Source of the DNA: Candidatus Fervidifonticultor secundus
GTDB lineage: Bacteria; Sysuimicrobiota; Sysuimicrobiia; Sysuimicrobiales; Humicultoraceae
DNA length: 64,000 bases
Reading direction: 5' to 3'
Assembly: GCA_031459385.1 (NCBI GenBank)
Contig: JAVKIP010000001.1
Location: 64,001 to 128,000 of the forward strand
The notes under the pieces are model-generated. The model had not been told where the DNA came from. It made no database searches and worked only from the letters and a program-made list of their open reading frames with translations. Positions 41,535 to 51,236 of this stretch are shown one piece after another (position 1 is the first letter of the stretch; the number at the start of each line of letters is the position of its first letter). The position numbers were made by a program, and so were the translations under genes.

Positions 41535-43097
41535 ATGCTTTCCATGCTGCGGACCCGGGCAGCGCTCGCGCTCCTCGTCGTCTGTGCGGCGACCAGCCTT
41601 CCCGCCGGCGCCATGGCGGAGCGGCCCGTGCGCGGCGGCGTGCTCCGCGTGGCCCACACCAGCGAGCCGCCGACCCTCGACCTGCACTGGACCACCGGTG
41701 CGCCCACCCAGGACGTCGCCATCCACCTCTTTGAGGGGCTCTTTGCGCTCTCGGCCCGCTATCAGGCGAAGCCTCTGCTGGTTGACCGCTGGAGCGTCAC
41801 CTCCGATCGTCGCACGTATACCTTCGTGCTCCGACGCGGGGTGGAGTTCCACCACGGCCGCGAGATGACCGCCGATGACGTGGTGGCGTCGTTGCAGCGC
41901 TGGGGGCGCGTGGCCGCCCGCGGGCGCGAGCTGTTCCGCGACGTCGTGGACCTGACGGCGGTCGACTCGGGAACCGTGCGCCTCCGGCTGCGCGAGGCCA
42001 ACGGCCTGGTGCCCCTGGCCCTGGCCATTCCCAGCCAGGGCGCGGTCGTCTACCCCCGCGAGGTGATCGACGAGGCCGGCGCCGGGCCGATCCGGCGTTT
42101 CATCGGCACCGGTCCCTACCGGTTCGTCGAGCACACCCCAGACGTGCGCATCCGCGTCGAGCGCTTCCAGCGCTACCGCCCACGCGACGATCCGCCCGAC
42201 GGGCAGGCCGGCCGGCGCGAACCCTACCTCGATGCCATCGAGTTCCTTCCGGTGCCTGACGCGTCCGTGCGCATCGCCGGCGTGCAGCGCGGCGACTACC
42301 ACTTCGCCCATTCGATCCCCACCGACGAGTACGCGCGGCTGCTCGGCGTGCGCGCGGTGCGCCCGCTGGTCATCACGACCCCGCAGTGGGCCGGGTTCGT
42401 GTTCAATCACCGGAGCCCGCTGACCGCGAACCGGGCGCTGCGGCGCGCCGTGGCCGCGGCGCTGGACGAGGCGGCGATCCTGCGCGGGGTCTACGGTCCC
42501 CGGCAGTTCTGGCGCGCGACGCCGTCGTTCTTCCCGCCCGGGCACCCCCTGTGGACGCCGGCCGGCGAGGAGGTTTACCGTGCGCGCGGGCCGGCGGCCG
42601 CCCGGCCCTGGCTGGAGGCAGCCGGCTACGGGGGCCAGCCGCTGCGGTGGATGGCCAGCAGCGAGATGCCGCACCACCTGACCGCGGCTACCATCGCGCG
42701 CAGCCAGCTCGAGCAGGCGGGCATCGCGGTAGACCTCCAGGTGATGGACTGGGCCACGCTGGTGGCGCGCCGCGGCCGGCCCGAGGGTTGGGACGTCTTC
42801 ACGACCACCTTCGGCTTCGTGCCCGACGCGGTCTTCCTGCTGCCGCTGCTGCCCTCGTGGCCGGGCTGGTACGAGGACCGGGAGATGGCGGCGCTGCTCC
42901 GGCTGCTGGTACGGCACACCGATCCCGCCGTGCGCGCCGCGCTGTGGGCGCGGGCGCAGGCGCGCTTCTACGACCAGGCGGTGGCGGTGCGGCTGGGCGA
43001 CTGGTTCCCCTTGCAGCTCCACCGCGCCGAACTGCAGGGCGTGGTCGGGGGGCCGGGGACGTACCACTGGAACGTGTGGCTGGCACGACATCCGTGA
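41535..43097 (+). CDS. Family 5 ABC solute-binding protein (orphan)
   Basis: Signal peptide, EPPTLD, FHHGREMTADDVVASL.RW, IGTGPYRF; start codon uncertain. Confidence 0.85.
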   Translation: MLSMLRTRAALALLVVCAATSLPAGAMAERPVRGGVLRVAHTSEPPTLDLHWTTGAPTQDVAIHLFEGLFALSARYQAKPLLVDRWSVTSDRRTYTFVLRRGVEFHHGREMTADDVVASLQRWGRVAARGRELFRDVVDLTAVDSGTVRLRLREANGLVPLALAIPSQGAVVYPREVIDEAGAGPIRRFIGTGPYRFVEHTPDVRIRVERFQRYRPRDDPPDGQAGRREPYLDAIEFLPVPDASVRIAGVQRGDYHFAHSIPTDEYARLLGVRAVRPLVITTPQWAGFVFNHRSPLTANRALRRAVAAALDEAAILRGVYGPRQFWRATPSFFPPGHPLWTPAGEEVYRARGPAAARPWLEAAGYGGQPLRWMASSEMPHHLTAATIARSQLEQAGIAVDLQVMDWATLVARRGRPEGWDVFTTTFGFVPDAVFLLPLLPSWPGWYEDREMAALLRLLVRHTDPAVRAALWARAQARFYDQAVAVRLGDWFPLQLHRAELQGVVGGPGTYHWNVWLARHP

Positions 43098-43187
43098 GGG
43101 CGGCCCGGGGCGGGGACGGTCTGGCGCGGGTACCTGCCGTCGCGGCACGCCCGGGGGACTCCGTCGACCGTGGGAGGAGGGATCCAG

Positions 43188-43835
43188 ATGCGACCCGACA
43201 TCGTGGCAGGCGCGCCGTTTCCCGACTACGAGCTGCCCGACCACACCGGCGCCCGGCGGCGCCTGTCGGAGCTCCAGGGGCGCGATCCGATGGTGCTCGT
43301 GCTGGCCCGCGGCCACTACTGCCCCAAGGACTTCCACCAGCTCAAGAGTTACGTGGCGTTCTACCCGGAGCTGCGCGTGGGCTACACGCGGCTCGTGACC
43401 ATCACCACCGACCACCTGGCCGAGCTCAACGAACTGCGCGACAAGCTGGGCGCCCCCTGGCCGTTTCTCGCCGACCCCATGCGCACGATCCAGAAGGATC
43501 TCGACATCCAGGAGTACACCGATCCCAGGCACGACCCCATGATCCCCTATACCTTCGTGCTGGCGCCGGGGCTGGTGATCTTCAAGATCTACAACGGCTA
43601 CTGGTACTGGGGCCGGCCCTCGCCGGAGGACCTGCGCCGCGACCTGCGCGAGCTGTTCCAGCAGATCCGCCCTGACTGGGACATCACCACGCCGGAGATG
43701 CGCGGCGCGTGGGCACGTGGGGAGCGCGAGCGGTTCTTCCCGTACCGGCCGGCGGCCGGCTCGTCCGCAGGCACCCCGGCCCCCGGCTCGTCCCCATCGG
43801 GCACCGGGACATCCAGTGCCCCGGGGCCGCGGTAG
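43188..43835 (+). CDS. AhpC/TSA redoxin-domain protein with a single-Cys CPKD motif
   Basis: GGAGGAGG RBS; FPDYELPDHTG..RRLSEL, RGHYCPKD, FLADP, YNGYWYWGRPS. Confidence 0.8.
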   Translation: MRPDIVAGAPFPDYELPDHTGARRRLSELQGRDPMVLVLARGHYCPKDFHQLKSYVAFYPELRVGYTRLVTITTDHLAELNELRDKLGAPWPFLADPMRTIQKDLDIQEYTDPRHDPMIPYTFVLAPGLVIFKIYNGYWYWGRPSPEDLRRDLRELFQQIRPDWDITTPEMRGAWARGERERFFPYRPAAGSSAGTPAPGSSPSGTGTSSAPGPR

Positions 43836-43856
43836 CAGCCACCACAGGGGCCGCCG

Positions 43857-44468
43857 TCACGGTGACGTCGGAGCGTCCAGCCGCAGCCAGCGCGCGGCAT
43901 CGCGCAGGGCGCCGGCCACCGCCGGATCGCCCCGCAGCTGCGCGAACGGGACCGGCGCCACGGGCGGGCTGCCGGCCTCGCGGAGGGAGCGCTGCCACCA
44001 GCCCACGTCGTGCCACCGGCCGAGCTTGAAGCCCACGGTGCGGTAGACCCCGACCGGTACGAACCCCATGGCCTCGTGGAGCCCCACGCTGGCGGGGTTG
44101 GGCAGCCCGATGCCCGCGAAGGCGTTGTAGAAGCCCTGCAGGCGCAGGATCTCCAGCAGGGCCGCGTAGAGCGCGCGGCCCACACCACGGCGCCGGGCGG
44201 CGGCAGCGACGTAGATCGAGACGTCCACCGACCACTGGTACGCCGCGCGCGTCCGGTGCGGGCCCGCGTAAGCATACCCCAGGACCGCGCCGCCTGGCGC
44301 GCACACGATCCACGGGTAGCGCGCGAGCGTGGTCCGGATGCGGTGGGCCATCTCCGCCACCGACGGCGGCTCGATCTCGAACGAGATCGCCGTTTCGCGG
44401 ACGATCGGCGCGTAGATCGCGCAGATCGCCGGCGCGTCCTCACGGGTGGCGATGCGCAGAGGGGTCAT
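43857..44468 (-). CDS. GNAT acetyltransferase, phosphinothricin/arsinothricin (Pat/ArsN-like)
   Basis: IYAPIV.ETAISFE..PP, GYAYA, R.AYQWSV, LPNPASVGLHE.MGF, GFKLGRWHDVGWWQ. Confidence 0.88.
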   Translation of the reverse strand: MTPLRIATREDAPAICAIYAPIVRETAISFEIEPPSVAEMAHRIRTTLARYPWIVCAPGGAVLGYAYAGPHRTRAAYQWSVDVSIYVAAAARRRGVGRALYAALLEILRLQGFYNAFAGIGLPNPASVGLHEAMGFVPVGVYRTVGFKLGRWHDVGWWQRSLREAGSPPVAPVPFAQLRGDPAVAGALRDAARWLRLDAPTSP

Positions 44469-44510
44469 GGCTGTGCGCTCTGTCCCGCGCCGCCCCCAAG
44501 ATCCCCGGTC

Positions 44511-44538
44511 TTGACAGGCGCGCACGTCATGCTATTAT
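44511..44538 (+). promoter_or_regulatory. Sigma70 promoter of amtB-glnK overlapped by a TGAC-N10-GTCA inverted repeat
   Basis: TTGACA (44511-44516), 16 bp spacer, TG-extended TATTAT (44533-44538). Confidence 0.7.
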
Positions 44539-44749
44539 CCCTTCCAAACTGACAGACCATGTTCCTCGGGCCGCGACGCCCGCGCCGGATGTGCTGGCGC
44601 GGGCGTTGTGCGTTCAAGGGGAGTCGTGGTGGTCCTGCGCGCCCGGGCCGCGATGCCCTCCTGGACCCGGGCGCTGCTGTGTCCGAGGTCAGTGTGGCCC
44701 TGGCGCAGGGTCAGTTCCTGCGCTGTGGCAGCGACGCGGAGGTGGCACG

Positions 44750-46039
44750 ATGGCGATCCAACCCGCGGATACCGCATGGATGCTGGTGGCGACGGCCCTG
44801 GTGCTGCTCATGACGCCCGCCCTGGGGTTCTTCTACGGCGGCCTGGTCCGCGCCAAGAACGCCCTCAACACGCTGATGATGAGCGTCGTCGCCCTGGGTG
44901 TCGTAGGCGTGGCCTGGGCTCTGTTGGGGTACTCGCTGGCCTTTGCCGAGGGCGGCCCGTGGCTGGGCGGGGTCTCCAGAGCGTTCCTGCGCGGCGTAGG
45001 CCTCGAGCCCCAGGGCACGATTCCCCAGCTGCTCTTCATGGCCTACCAGGGCACCTTCGCCATCATCACGGCTGCGCTGATCTCCGGCGCCATCGTGGAG
45101 CGCATGCAGTTCCGCGCGTACGTGGCGTTCCTGGCGCTGTGGGCGCTGGTGGTCTACGCGCCGGTTGCCCACTGGGTCTGGGGCGGCGGGTGGCTGGCGC
45201 GGCTGGGGGCGCTCGACTTCGCCGGCGGGACGGTGGTGCACGTCAACGCCGGCGCGGCCGCCGCGGTGGCGGCGCTCGTGCTGGGTGCGCGCAAGGACTA
45301 TGCGCGCCAGGCCATCCTGCCCCACCACGTGCCGTTCACGCTGCTCGGCGCCGGCCTGCTGTGGTTTGGCTGGTTCGGCTTCAACGGCGGCAGCGCCCTG
45401 GCGGCCAACGCCAGCGCGGCGCTGGCCTTCGTCAACACCATGCTGGCGCCGGCGGCCACGCTGGTGGTCTGGACGCTCCTCGACCTGGCCCGCACCGGAC
45501 GCGCCACGGCGGTTGGCGCGGCCACGGCGATCGTCGTGGGCCTGGTGGCGATCACGCCGGCCGCGGGCTTCGTCGGGCCGATGGCCGCGCTGGCAGTGGG
45601 CGCGGTCGCGGCGGTTCCCAGCTACGGCGTGATCCTCTGGCGCGCGCGGACGCGTTTCGACGACTCGCTCGATGTGCTGGCCGCGCACGGCGTGGGCGGC
45701 ACCGTGGGTGCGCTGCTGACCGGCGTGCTGGCCCAGAAGGTCTGGAGCGGGGCTGCGGACGGGCTGCTGTTCGGCAACCCGCTGCAGCTCGGCGTGCAGG
45801 CGGTGGCGGTGGTGGCGGCCGCAGCCTACAGCGCCGCGGGGACCCTGGTACTGCTGAAGCTGGTGGGGACGGTGCTGCCGCTGCGTGTCGCGGATCCGGG
45901 TGAAGAAGGCCTGGGGCTCGACGTCAGCCAGCACGGCGAGGAGGCGTACACGACCGGAGAGGGCGCGATCCTGGTGCTGTCCGAACCGGCGCCGCCCTCG
46001 CCGGCCCCGGCGCCGTCGCCGGCGGGGAGCCAGGCATGA
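44750..46039 (+). CDS. amtB: Ammonium transporter
   Basis: DTAWML..TALVLLMTP..FFYGGLVR.KN, DFAGGTVVH, WFGWFGFNGGS, DDSLDV..AHG, GLD.SQHGE. Confidence 0.96.
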   Translation: MAIQPADTAWMLVATALVLLMTPALGFFYGGLVRAKNALNTLMMSVVALGVVGVAWALLGYSLAFAEGGPWLGGVSRAFLRGVGLEPQGTIPQLLFMAYQGTFAIITAALISGAIVERMQFRAYVAFLALWALVVYAPVAHWVWGGGWLARLGALDFAGGTVVHVNAGAAAAVAALVLGARKDYARQAILPHHVPFTLLGAGLLWFGWFGFNGGSALAANASAALAFVNTMLAPAATLVVWTLLDLARTGRATAVGAATAIVVGLVAITPAAGFVGPMAALAVGAVAAVPSYGVILWRARTRFDDSLDVLAAHGVGGTVGALLTGVLAQKVWSGAADGLLFGNPLQLGVQAVAVVAAAAYSAAGTLVLLKLVGTVLPLRVADPGEEGLGLDVSQHGEEAYTTGEGAILVLSEPAPPSPAPAPSPAGSQA

Positions 46040-46395
46040 AGCTGGTCGTCGCCATCGTGCGTCCCGAAAAGCTGAACGCGGTCTTGGAAGCCCTCTTCCA
46101 CGCCGAGGTCAGGGGGGTGACCATCAGCCGCGTGCAGGGCCACGGCGGGGAGATCGAGCGGGTCCAGACCTACCGTGGCACGACGGTGAAGATGGAGCTG
46201 TCGGAGAAGGTGCGGCTTGAGATCGGGGTCTCCGATCACTTCGTCGAGCCCACGGTACGGGCGATCCTGACCGCCGGCCGCACCGGCGCGGTGGGGGACG
46301 GGAAGATCTTCGTGCTGCCCGTGGAGCGAGTCTACCGCATCCGCACGGGCGAGCAGGACGAGGCCGCCGTGACGCCGGTGGCGCCGGTGAGCTGA
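46036..46395 (+). CDS. glnK: PII nitrogen regulator
   Basis: MKLVVAIVRPEKL, YRG T-loop, TGAVGDGKIFV, RIRTGE; ATGA overlap with amtB. Confidence 0.93.
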   Translation: MKLVVAIVRPEKLNAVLEALFHAEVRGVTISRVQGHGGEIERVQTYRGTTVKMELSEKVRLEIGVSDHFVEPTVRAILTAGRTGAVGDGKIFVLPVERVYRIRTGEQDEAAVTPVAPVS

Positions 46396-46546
46396 CGTCC
46401 GGAGGCACAGCCGGCACGCGACCGGCCCCGGCCCAGGGAAGACGTTTTCCGCCGCCAGACCGGCTGCCTTGGAGAGCGCGATTCCCCCGGCAGCGCGTGG
46501 GGTCAGGGGGCGACTGACGAGGCGATCGGCCCGTCATGTTGGCCTG

Positions 46547-47419
46547 TCACACTGATAGTTTCGGATCCAGGAAGTCGCGTAGACCGTCGCCCAGCAGGTT
46601 GAACCCGAGCACCGTCAGGAATATAGCCCCCCCGGGGAAGGTCGGATACCACCAGTGCTCCAACATGAAGTTGCGCCCGGTGGTAATCATCGAGCCCCAC
46701 TCGGGTGTGGGCGGCTGCGCACCCAGGCCGAGGAACGAGAGCGCAGCGGCCAGCAGGATCGCGGTGCCAATGTCCAGCGTGATCTTGATGATGAGCGGGC
46801 TGACGATGTTCGGTGCCACGTGGCCCAGCATGATACGGGCCTCGGGGACCCCGGTCGCCCGTGCCGCCTCTACGTAGACCTGCTCCTTTGCGGCGACCAC
46901 CAAGATGCGCACCAGCCGCGCGTATTGCGGCCACCAGACGATGGCCAGCGCCAGCAACGCGTGCATCAGGCTAGGGCCCATGACGGCTACCAGCGCCATG
47001 GCCATGACCAGCGCGGGAAACGCCAGGAAGATGTCGGCCAGACGCATGATCACCTCATCCGCTGTCCCGCCCACGTAGCCCGCCAGCGCGCCTAGCGCGC
47101 CACCGAGCCCTGTGGCGAGCAGTACGGCAAACAGGCCGCTACTGACCGAGAGCCTGGTGCCGTGCAGCACGCGGCTGAACATGTCGCGGCCGAGCTCGTC
47201 GGTCCCGAAGGGATGGGCTGGCCCGGGGGGCGCGAGTCGCCGGGTGCCATCCACCCTCAGCGGGTCCTCGGACGTCAAGAGCCCCGGCGCGATGGCGACA
47301 AAGAGGATGAGTCCGGTGATCAACGCGCCGGTCAGAAACGAAGGATCGCGCAAGAGGCGCGTCCAGTGGCGGCCGAACCGGGGCCGGACTTGCAGCACCG
47401 TCGCTTCCAGCGTGCTCAC
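46547..47419 (-). CDS. Peptide ABC permease, DppC-like
   Basis: HPFGTDELGRD, YVEAARATG, FNLLGDGLRD.LDP. Confidence 0.92.
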   Translation of the reverse strand: MSTLEATVLQVRPRFGRHWTRLLRDPSFLTGALITGLILFVAIAPGLLTSEDPLRVDGTRRLAPPGPAHPFGTDELGRDMFSRVLHGTRLSVSSGLFAVLLATGLGGALGALAGYVGGTADEVIMRLADIFLAFPALVMAMALVAVMGPSLMHALLALAIVWWPQYARLVRILVVAAKEQVYVEAARATGVPEARIMLGHVAPNIVSPLIIKITLDIGTAILLAAALSFLGLGAQPPTPEWGSMITTGRNFMLEHWWYPTFPGGAIFLTVLGFNLLGDGLRDFLDPKLSV

Positions 47420-48420
47420 CGTTTGAGTCTCGGGTCGAGGGCGAAGGAGACGAGATCGGTGAAGAGGTTCACCATGGCGTACAGCATCGACGCGATCACG
47501 GCGAAGCCGATGATCACCGGGAAGTCGGAGAACTCGATGGCCTTGTAGGCGTACGTCCCGATGCCCGGCCAGGCGAAGACTGCCTCGGTCAGTACGGCGC
47601 CGGCGAAGACGGCGCCCAGGCGCAACCCGAAGACCGTCACGATGGGCAGCGAGGCATTGCGCAGTGCGTGCACCATAACGACCCGTCGCTCGGGCAGCCC
47701 CTTGCTACGCGCGGTGCGGACGTAGTCCTGGCTCAGACTCTCGAGCATGCTGCTGCGGGTGATGCGTGCCAGGATGGCCACCGTCAGGAAGCTGAGCGAG
47801 AGCCCCGGCAGGATGAGGTGCACCACCGCGTTCCAGGCCGTGGTCCAGTGGCCGGCCAGCAGGGCGTCGACGGTGTAGAATCCGGTGATCGATGGCGGCG
47901 CCGGTACGCCTGGTCCCAAGCGACCACCCACAGGCAGCCAGCCGAGCCGACGGTAGAAGACGAGCTGCAGCATCAGCCCGTACCAAAAGATCGGCATGGC
48001 CGCGCCCGCCACGCTGATGACACGGCTGAGATGATCGATCACCCGGCCGCAGTGGACAGCGGAAAGCACGCCCAGCCCGATCCCAAGCACCAGGCTGAAC
48101 ACGACGCTGGCCAGGCTCAGCTCGATTGTGGCTGGCAGGAACGTCAGGATCTCTCTCAAGACCGGTTTGTTGGACATGAAGGAGCGGCCCAGATCGCCAC
48201 GCACCAGGGCCCGCATGTAGAGGTAGTACTGCTCCCATAGCGGCCGGTCGAGGCCCAGGTCGCGTCGCACCTTCTCCAGCGTCGCCCTGGTGGCGTAGTC
48301 GCCGGCCACCAGCCGCGCCGGGTCCTGGGGGACGACGTGCGTGACCAGAAAGATGAAGAGTGACATCCCCACCAGGGTGAGGAGCATGAAGGCCAGCCGG
48401 CGGAGGATCAGCAGGCCCAT
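47416..48420 (-). CDS. Peptide ABC permease, DppB-like
   Basis: DPAR, GLDRPL.EQY, DYVRTARSKGL, HALRNA, LDPRL. Confidence 0.92.
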   Translation of the reverse strand: MGLLILRRLAFMLLTLVGMSLFIFLVTHVVPQDPARLVAGDYATRATLEKVRRDLGLDRPLWEQYYLYMRALVRGDLGRSFMSNKPVLREILTFLPATIELSLASVVFSLVLGIGLGVLSAVHCGRVIDHLSRVISVAGAAMPIFWYGLMLQLVFYRRLGWLPVGGRLGPGVPAPPSITGFYTVDALLAGHWTTAWNAVVHLILPGLSLSFLTVAILARITRSSMLESLSQDYVRTARSKGLPERRVVMVHALRNASLPIVTVFGLRLGAVFAGAVLTEAVFAWPGIGTYAYKAIEFSDFPVIIGFAVIASMLYAMVNLFTDLVSFALDPRLKR

Positions 48421-48515
48421 GGCCCGGGGACGCTGCTCAACGGGAGGACGCGTGGTTGGTCGGCAGGCACCCCCGCCCGTGCGGCGAGCGGGCGTACCGC
48501 CACGCCTGCACTTCC

Positions 48516-50090
48516 CTATTCGCGCCACATGTGGTGAAAGGGGATGCGCCAGTCAAGCTTGTCGAAGTAGAACCCGCGGACATCCTTGCGCATCGGCAAG
48601 CGCATCATGACACGGCCCACGAAAATGTCCGGTGCCTCGTCCGCGATCATCTGGCAGACTTTCTTGTAGACCTCTATGCGCGCCTTGAGGGATGGCAGCC
48701 AGGTGGCCTGATCGATTAGCCGGTCCACCTCGGGGTTGTTGTAGTACATCATGTTCCGGCCAGCACCGCCGATGGCGTCGGATCGATACATGAAGTTCAG
48801 GTAGGCGTGCGCGTCGGCGTAGCGCACACCCCAGAGCTGGCCGTACGAGTTCTCCATGGTGGCGGGGTCGCGCGTGTCCTTCCAGGCCACTAGCTTCGCG
48901 AACATCGTCGGCCAGGTCTGGGTGCGGATGTCTAGTGTGATGCCGAGCTGCCGCAGGTTGCTCTGCCAGATTTCGGCCGCACGCCGTTCCCACTCGACGC
49001 CGGTCGGATACAGGAACGTCATGCGGAACGGGCCAACGCCGGCCTCCTGGAGGAGTTGCCGCGCGCGCGCCATGTTGAGCTCGTTGATGAGGCCGCTGGG
49101 CTTCCAGCCGCCCATGAACTCCGACACGCATGGGCCGTCGGAGGGGCCGAAGGCGTCCTCAATTTGGTAGAAGAGGCGGTAGTCGAATGCATACGCCAGC
49201 GCCTTGCGTACCCGCGCGTCGGTCGTCGGGCCGGCGGCCATATTCAAGCGGATATAGAACTGGTTGGTCGAGGGTGTTTCATGAATTACGAGGTCAGGGT
49301 TGCGCTTCATGGCCCGGACGTCGTCCGAACTGAAGAGCCGGATGGCATCCAGTTCGCCACGTTCCAGCATCAGGCGTTGCGTGGTGGCCTCGCTGATCTC
49401 CCACTGGACGATGCGGCGGAAGTGCTTCGCCTGCCAGCCGCCCCAGTACCCCTCGTACTTCTCCAGGAAGACCTTGTCGCCCGGAATGCGCTGCGTGACC
49501 CGGTAGGGGCCGGTCCCGTTGGCGTTGTCGGCGTACCAGTCGGCGGCGTAGTCCCCGGGCCGCCGTTCGTTCTTTTTCACGTGCGACGGCGACACGATGA
49601 ACAAGCTGTCCAGCCACGAGAGGAAAAGCGCGTTGGGCTGTTTCAGGGTGAAGCGGACGGTGAACGGATCGACGATCTCGAATCGCTCGACGTCCTCCAA
49701 CACCCAGCCCGCCCCTACCTTGAAGTGCTGCGCGCGCTCAATGGAGAACTTGACAGCCTCGGCGGTGAAGTCGCTTCCGTCGTGGAACTTTACGCCCTGC
49801 CGCAGCCTCACGGTGTACACTTTCGCGTTTGGCGAGACCCGCCAGGACACCGCCAACCGTGGCTCGGGCTCGCTGCTGCCCCGCTTGCGTCCCACGAGCA
49901 CGTCGTAGACGTAGGCGAGCAGATACTGGTCCCAGCCCGAGGTGATGCGGTGCGGGTCCAAGCTCGCCACTTTGGTGATGGTGGCGAAGTTGAACGTGTC
50001 GCGGGCGGGCGCGCCGATAGCCGCCGGCCAGGCCGTGAGAAGCCCGAGCCCCGCGACCAAGGCTCCCAGCACAGTCACCCAGCGTCTCAC
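48516..50090 (-). CDS. Family 5 ABC solute-binding protein
   Basis: Sec signal, SLDPH, FHDGSDFTAEAVKFS, NGTGPY. Confidence 0.9.
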   Translation of the reverse strand: MRRWVTVLGALVAGLGLLTAWPAAIGAPARDTFNFATITKVASLDPHRITSGWDQYLLAYVYDVLVGRKRGSSEPEPRLAVSWRVSPNAKVYTVRLRQGVKFHDGSDFTAEAVKFSIERAQHFKVGAGWVLEDVERFEIVDPFTVRFTLKQPNALFLSWLDSLFIVSPSHVKKNERRPGDYAADWYADNANGTGPYRVTQRIPGDKVFLEKYEGYWGGWQAKHFRRIVQWEISEATTQRLMLERGELDAIRLFSSDDVRAMKRNPDLVIHETPSTNQFYIRLNMAAGPTTDARVRKALAYAFDYRLFYQIEDAFGPSDGPCVSEFMGGWKPSGLINELNMARARQLLQEAGVGPFRMTFLYPTGVEWERRAAEIWQSNLRQLGITLDIRTQTWPTMFAKLVAWKDTRDPATMENSYGQLWGVRYADAHAYLNFMYRSDAIGGAGRNMMYYNNPEVDRLIDQATWLPSLKARIEVYKKVCQMIADEAPDIFVGRVMMRLPMRKDVRGFYFDKLDWRIPFHHMWRE

Positions 50091-50126
50091 GGTGATCCCT
50101 CCACTTCGTGTCGGTCTGCTGTCTTG

Positions 50127-51236
50127 TTATTGGACCACGAACAGGTCGCTCCAGTCCGCGCTCTGGGACAAGATCCGGCAGCCACCATCCTGGACTACCA
50201 CGGTGTCCTCGATGTGGTAGAGCTCGCTTCCCCGGAAGTGGCTGTATTCGATGCACAGGACCATGTTGCGATCCAAGACGGCGGGGTTGTGCGGCGTGAT
50301 CATGGGGTTTTCGTGAATGCCCAAACCCAGGCTGTGCCCGATATGGACCCTCTCGACGTGCACCCCGAGCCGCTTCGCCGACTGCTCGTAGACGCCATAC
50401 AGCGTCCGAACTTCGACGCCCGCGCGCACCGCGCCCAGCACCGTCTGGTGAACGTCCCACAAGCGCCGGTACGTGTCGCGCTGCTCGGGCGCGGCTTTCC
50501 CAACGACGACCGTGCGCGCCAGGTCCGAGAAATACCCGGCTTTCATGCCACCGACGTCCACGCGGCAGATATCGCCGGGGGCGAGACGGTACGAGGACGG
50601 GAGACCATGGATGAACTGGGCATTCGGCCCCGCCCCCAGCAGCACCGGTCCGCGCATCTCGTCGGCACCGTATTCGAAGTGCTTCTCGCGGATCACGCTG
50701 GCCACGTCCCGTTCCGTGTCTCCGGGCTTCGCCTGCGCGAACGCCGCTCGCATGGCCCGGTCAGTGATCATGGCAATCTCGCCCAGGCGGGCGACCTCGT
50801 CGTCGGTTTTGATCATCCGGAGCCGCTCGAACACCCCATCGGCCGGCACCAGGGTGGCGCCCGGCAGGCGATCGCGCATCTGCGCGTAGTAGTGTGCAGT
50901 GAGGAACTTCGTCTCGATGCCGATCCGGGCGCGGTCCAAGCCTTTCTCCCGGATGACGGCCGCCAGTACGTCGATGGGTGACTCGCGGAACTCGTGGTAG
51001 GTGCGGATGTCAGAGATCCGACTCTCCTGACGCGTAAGCCGTTCTTCGATCACGCAGATGACGAACGCCGGATCGCCAGCGCGCGGCCACAGGACCAGCG
51101 CGATGCGCTCGGGCAGCAGTCGTTGCGTCAAGATATAGGCGCCGGAGAGATACTGGGTGTTCTCGGGCGAGGCGGCAGCCACCGCGTCCAGCTCTGCCTC
51201 GGCCAGTGCCGCCTGCAGGCGGTGCAGATCGACCAT
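50127..51236 (-). CDS. M24 (Xaa-Pro peptidase family) hydrolase
   Basis: ENTQYLSG, LRMIKTDDE, metal ligands D-D-H-E-E (VDVGG, YFSDLART, GHSLGLGIHE, CIE, IEDTV). Confidence 0.88.
   Translation of the reverse strand: MVDLHRLQAALAEAELDAVAAASPENTQYLSGAYILTQRLLPERIALVLWPRAGDPAFVICVIEERLTRQESRISDIRTYHEFRESPIDVLAAVIREKGLDRARIGIETKFLTAHYYAQMRDRLPGATLVPADGVFERLRMIKTDDEVARLGEIAMITDRAMRAAFAQAKPGDTERDVASVIREKHFEYGADEMRGPVLLGAGPNAQFIHGLPSSYRLAPGDICRVDVGGMKAGYFSDLARTVVVGKAAPEQRDTYRRLWDVHQTVLGAVRAGVEVRTLYGVYEQSAKRLGVHVERVHIGHSLGLGIHENPMITPHNPAVLDRNMVLCIEYSHFRGSELYHIEDTVVVQDGGCRILSQSADWSDLFVVQ

Noticed and set aside
43857..44468. Arsenic-resistance or antibiotic biosynthetic locus around the Pat/ArsN-like GNAT
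   Set aside because: No ars or biosynthetic genes nearby; it is a standalone acetyltransferase
46505..46565. CTGACGAG hammerhead-like core
   Set aside because: No GAAA core partner or flanking stems in the right arrangement
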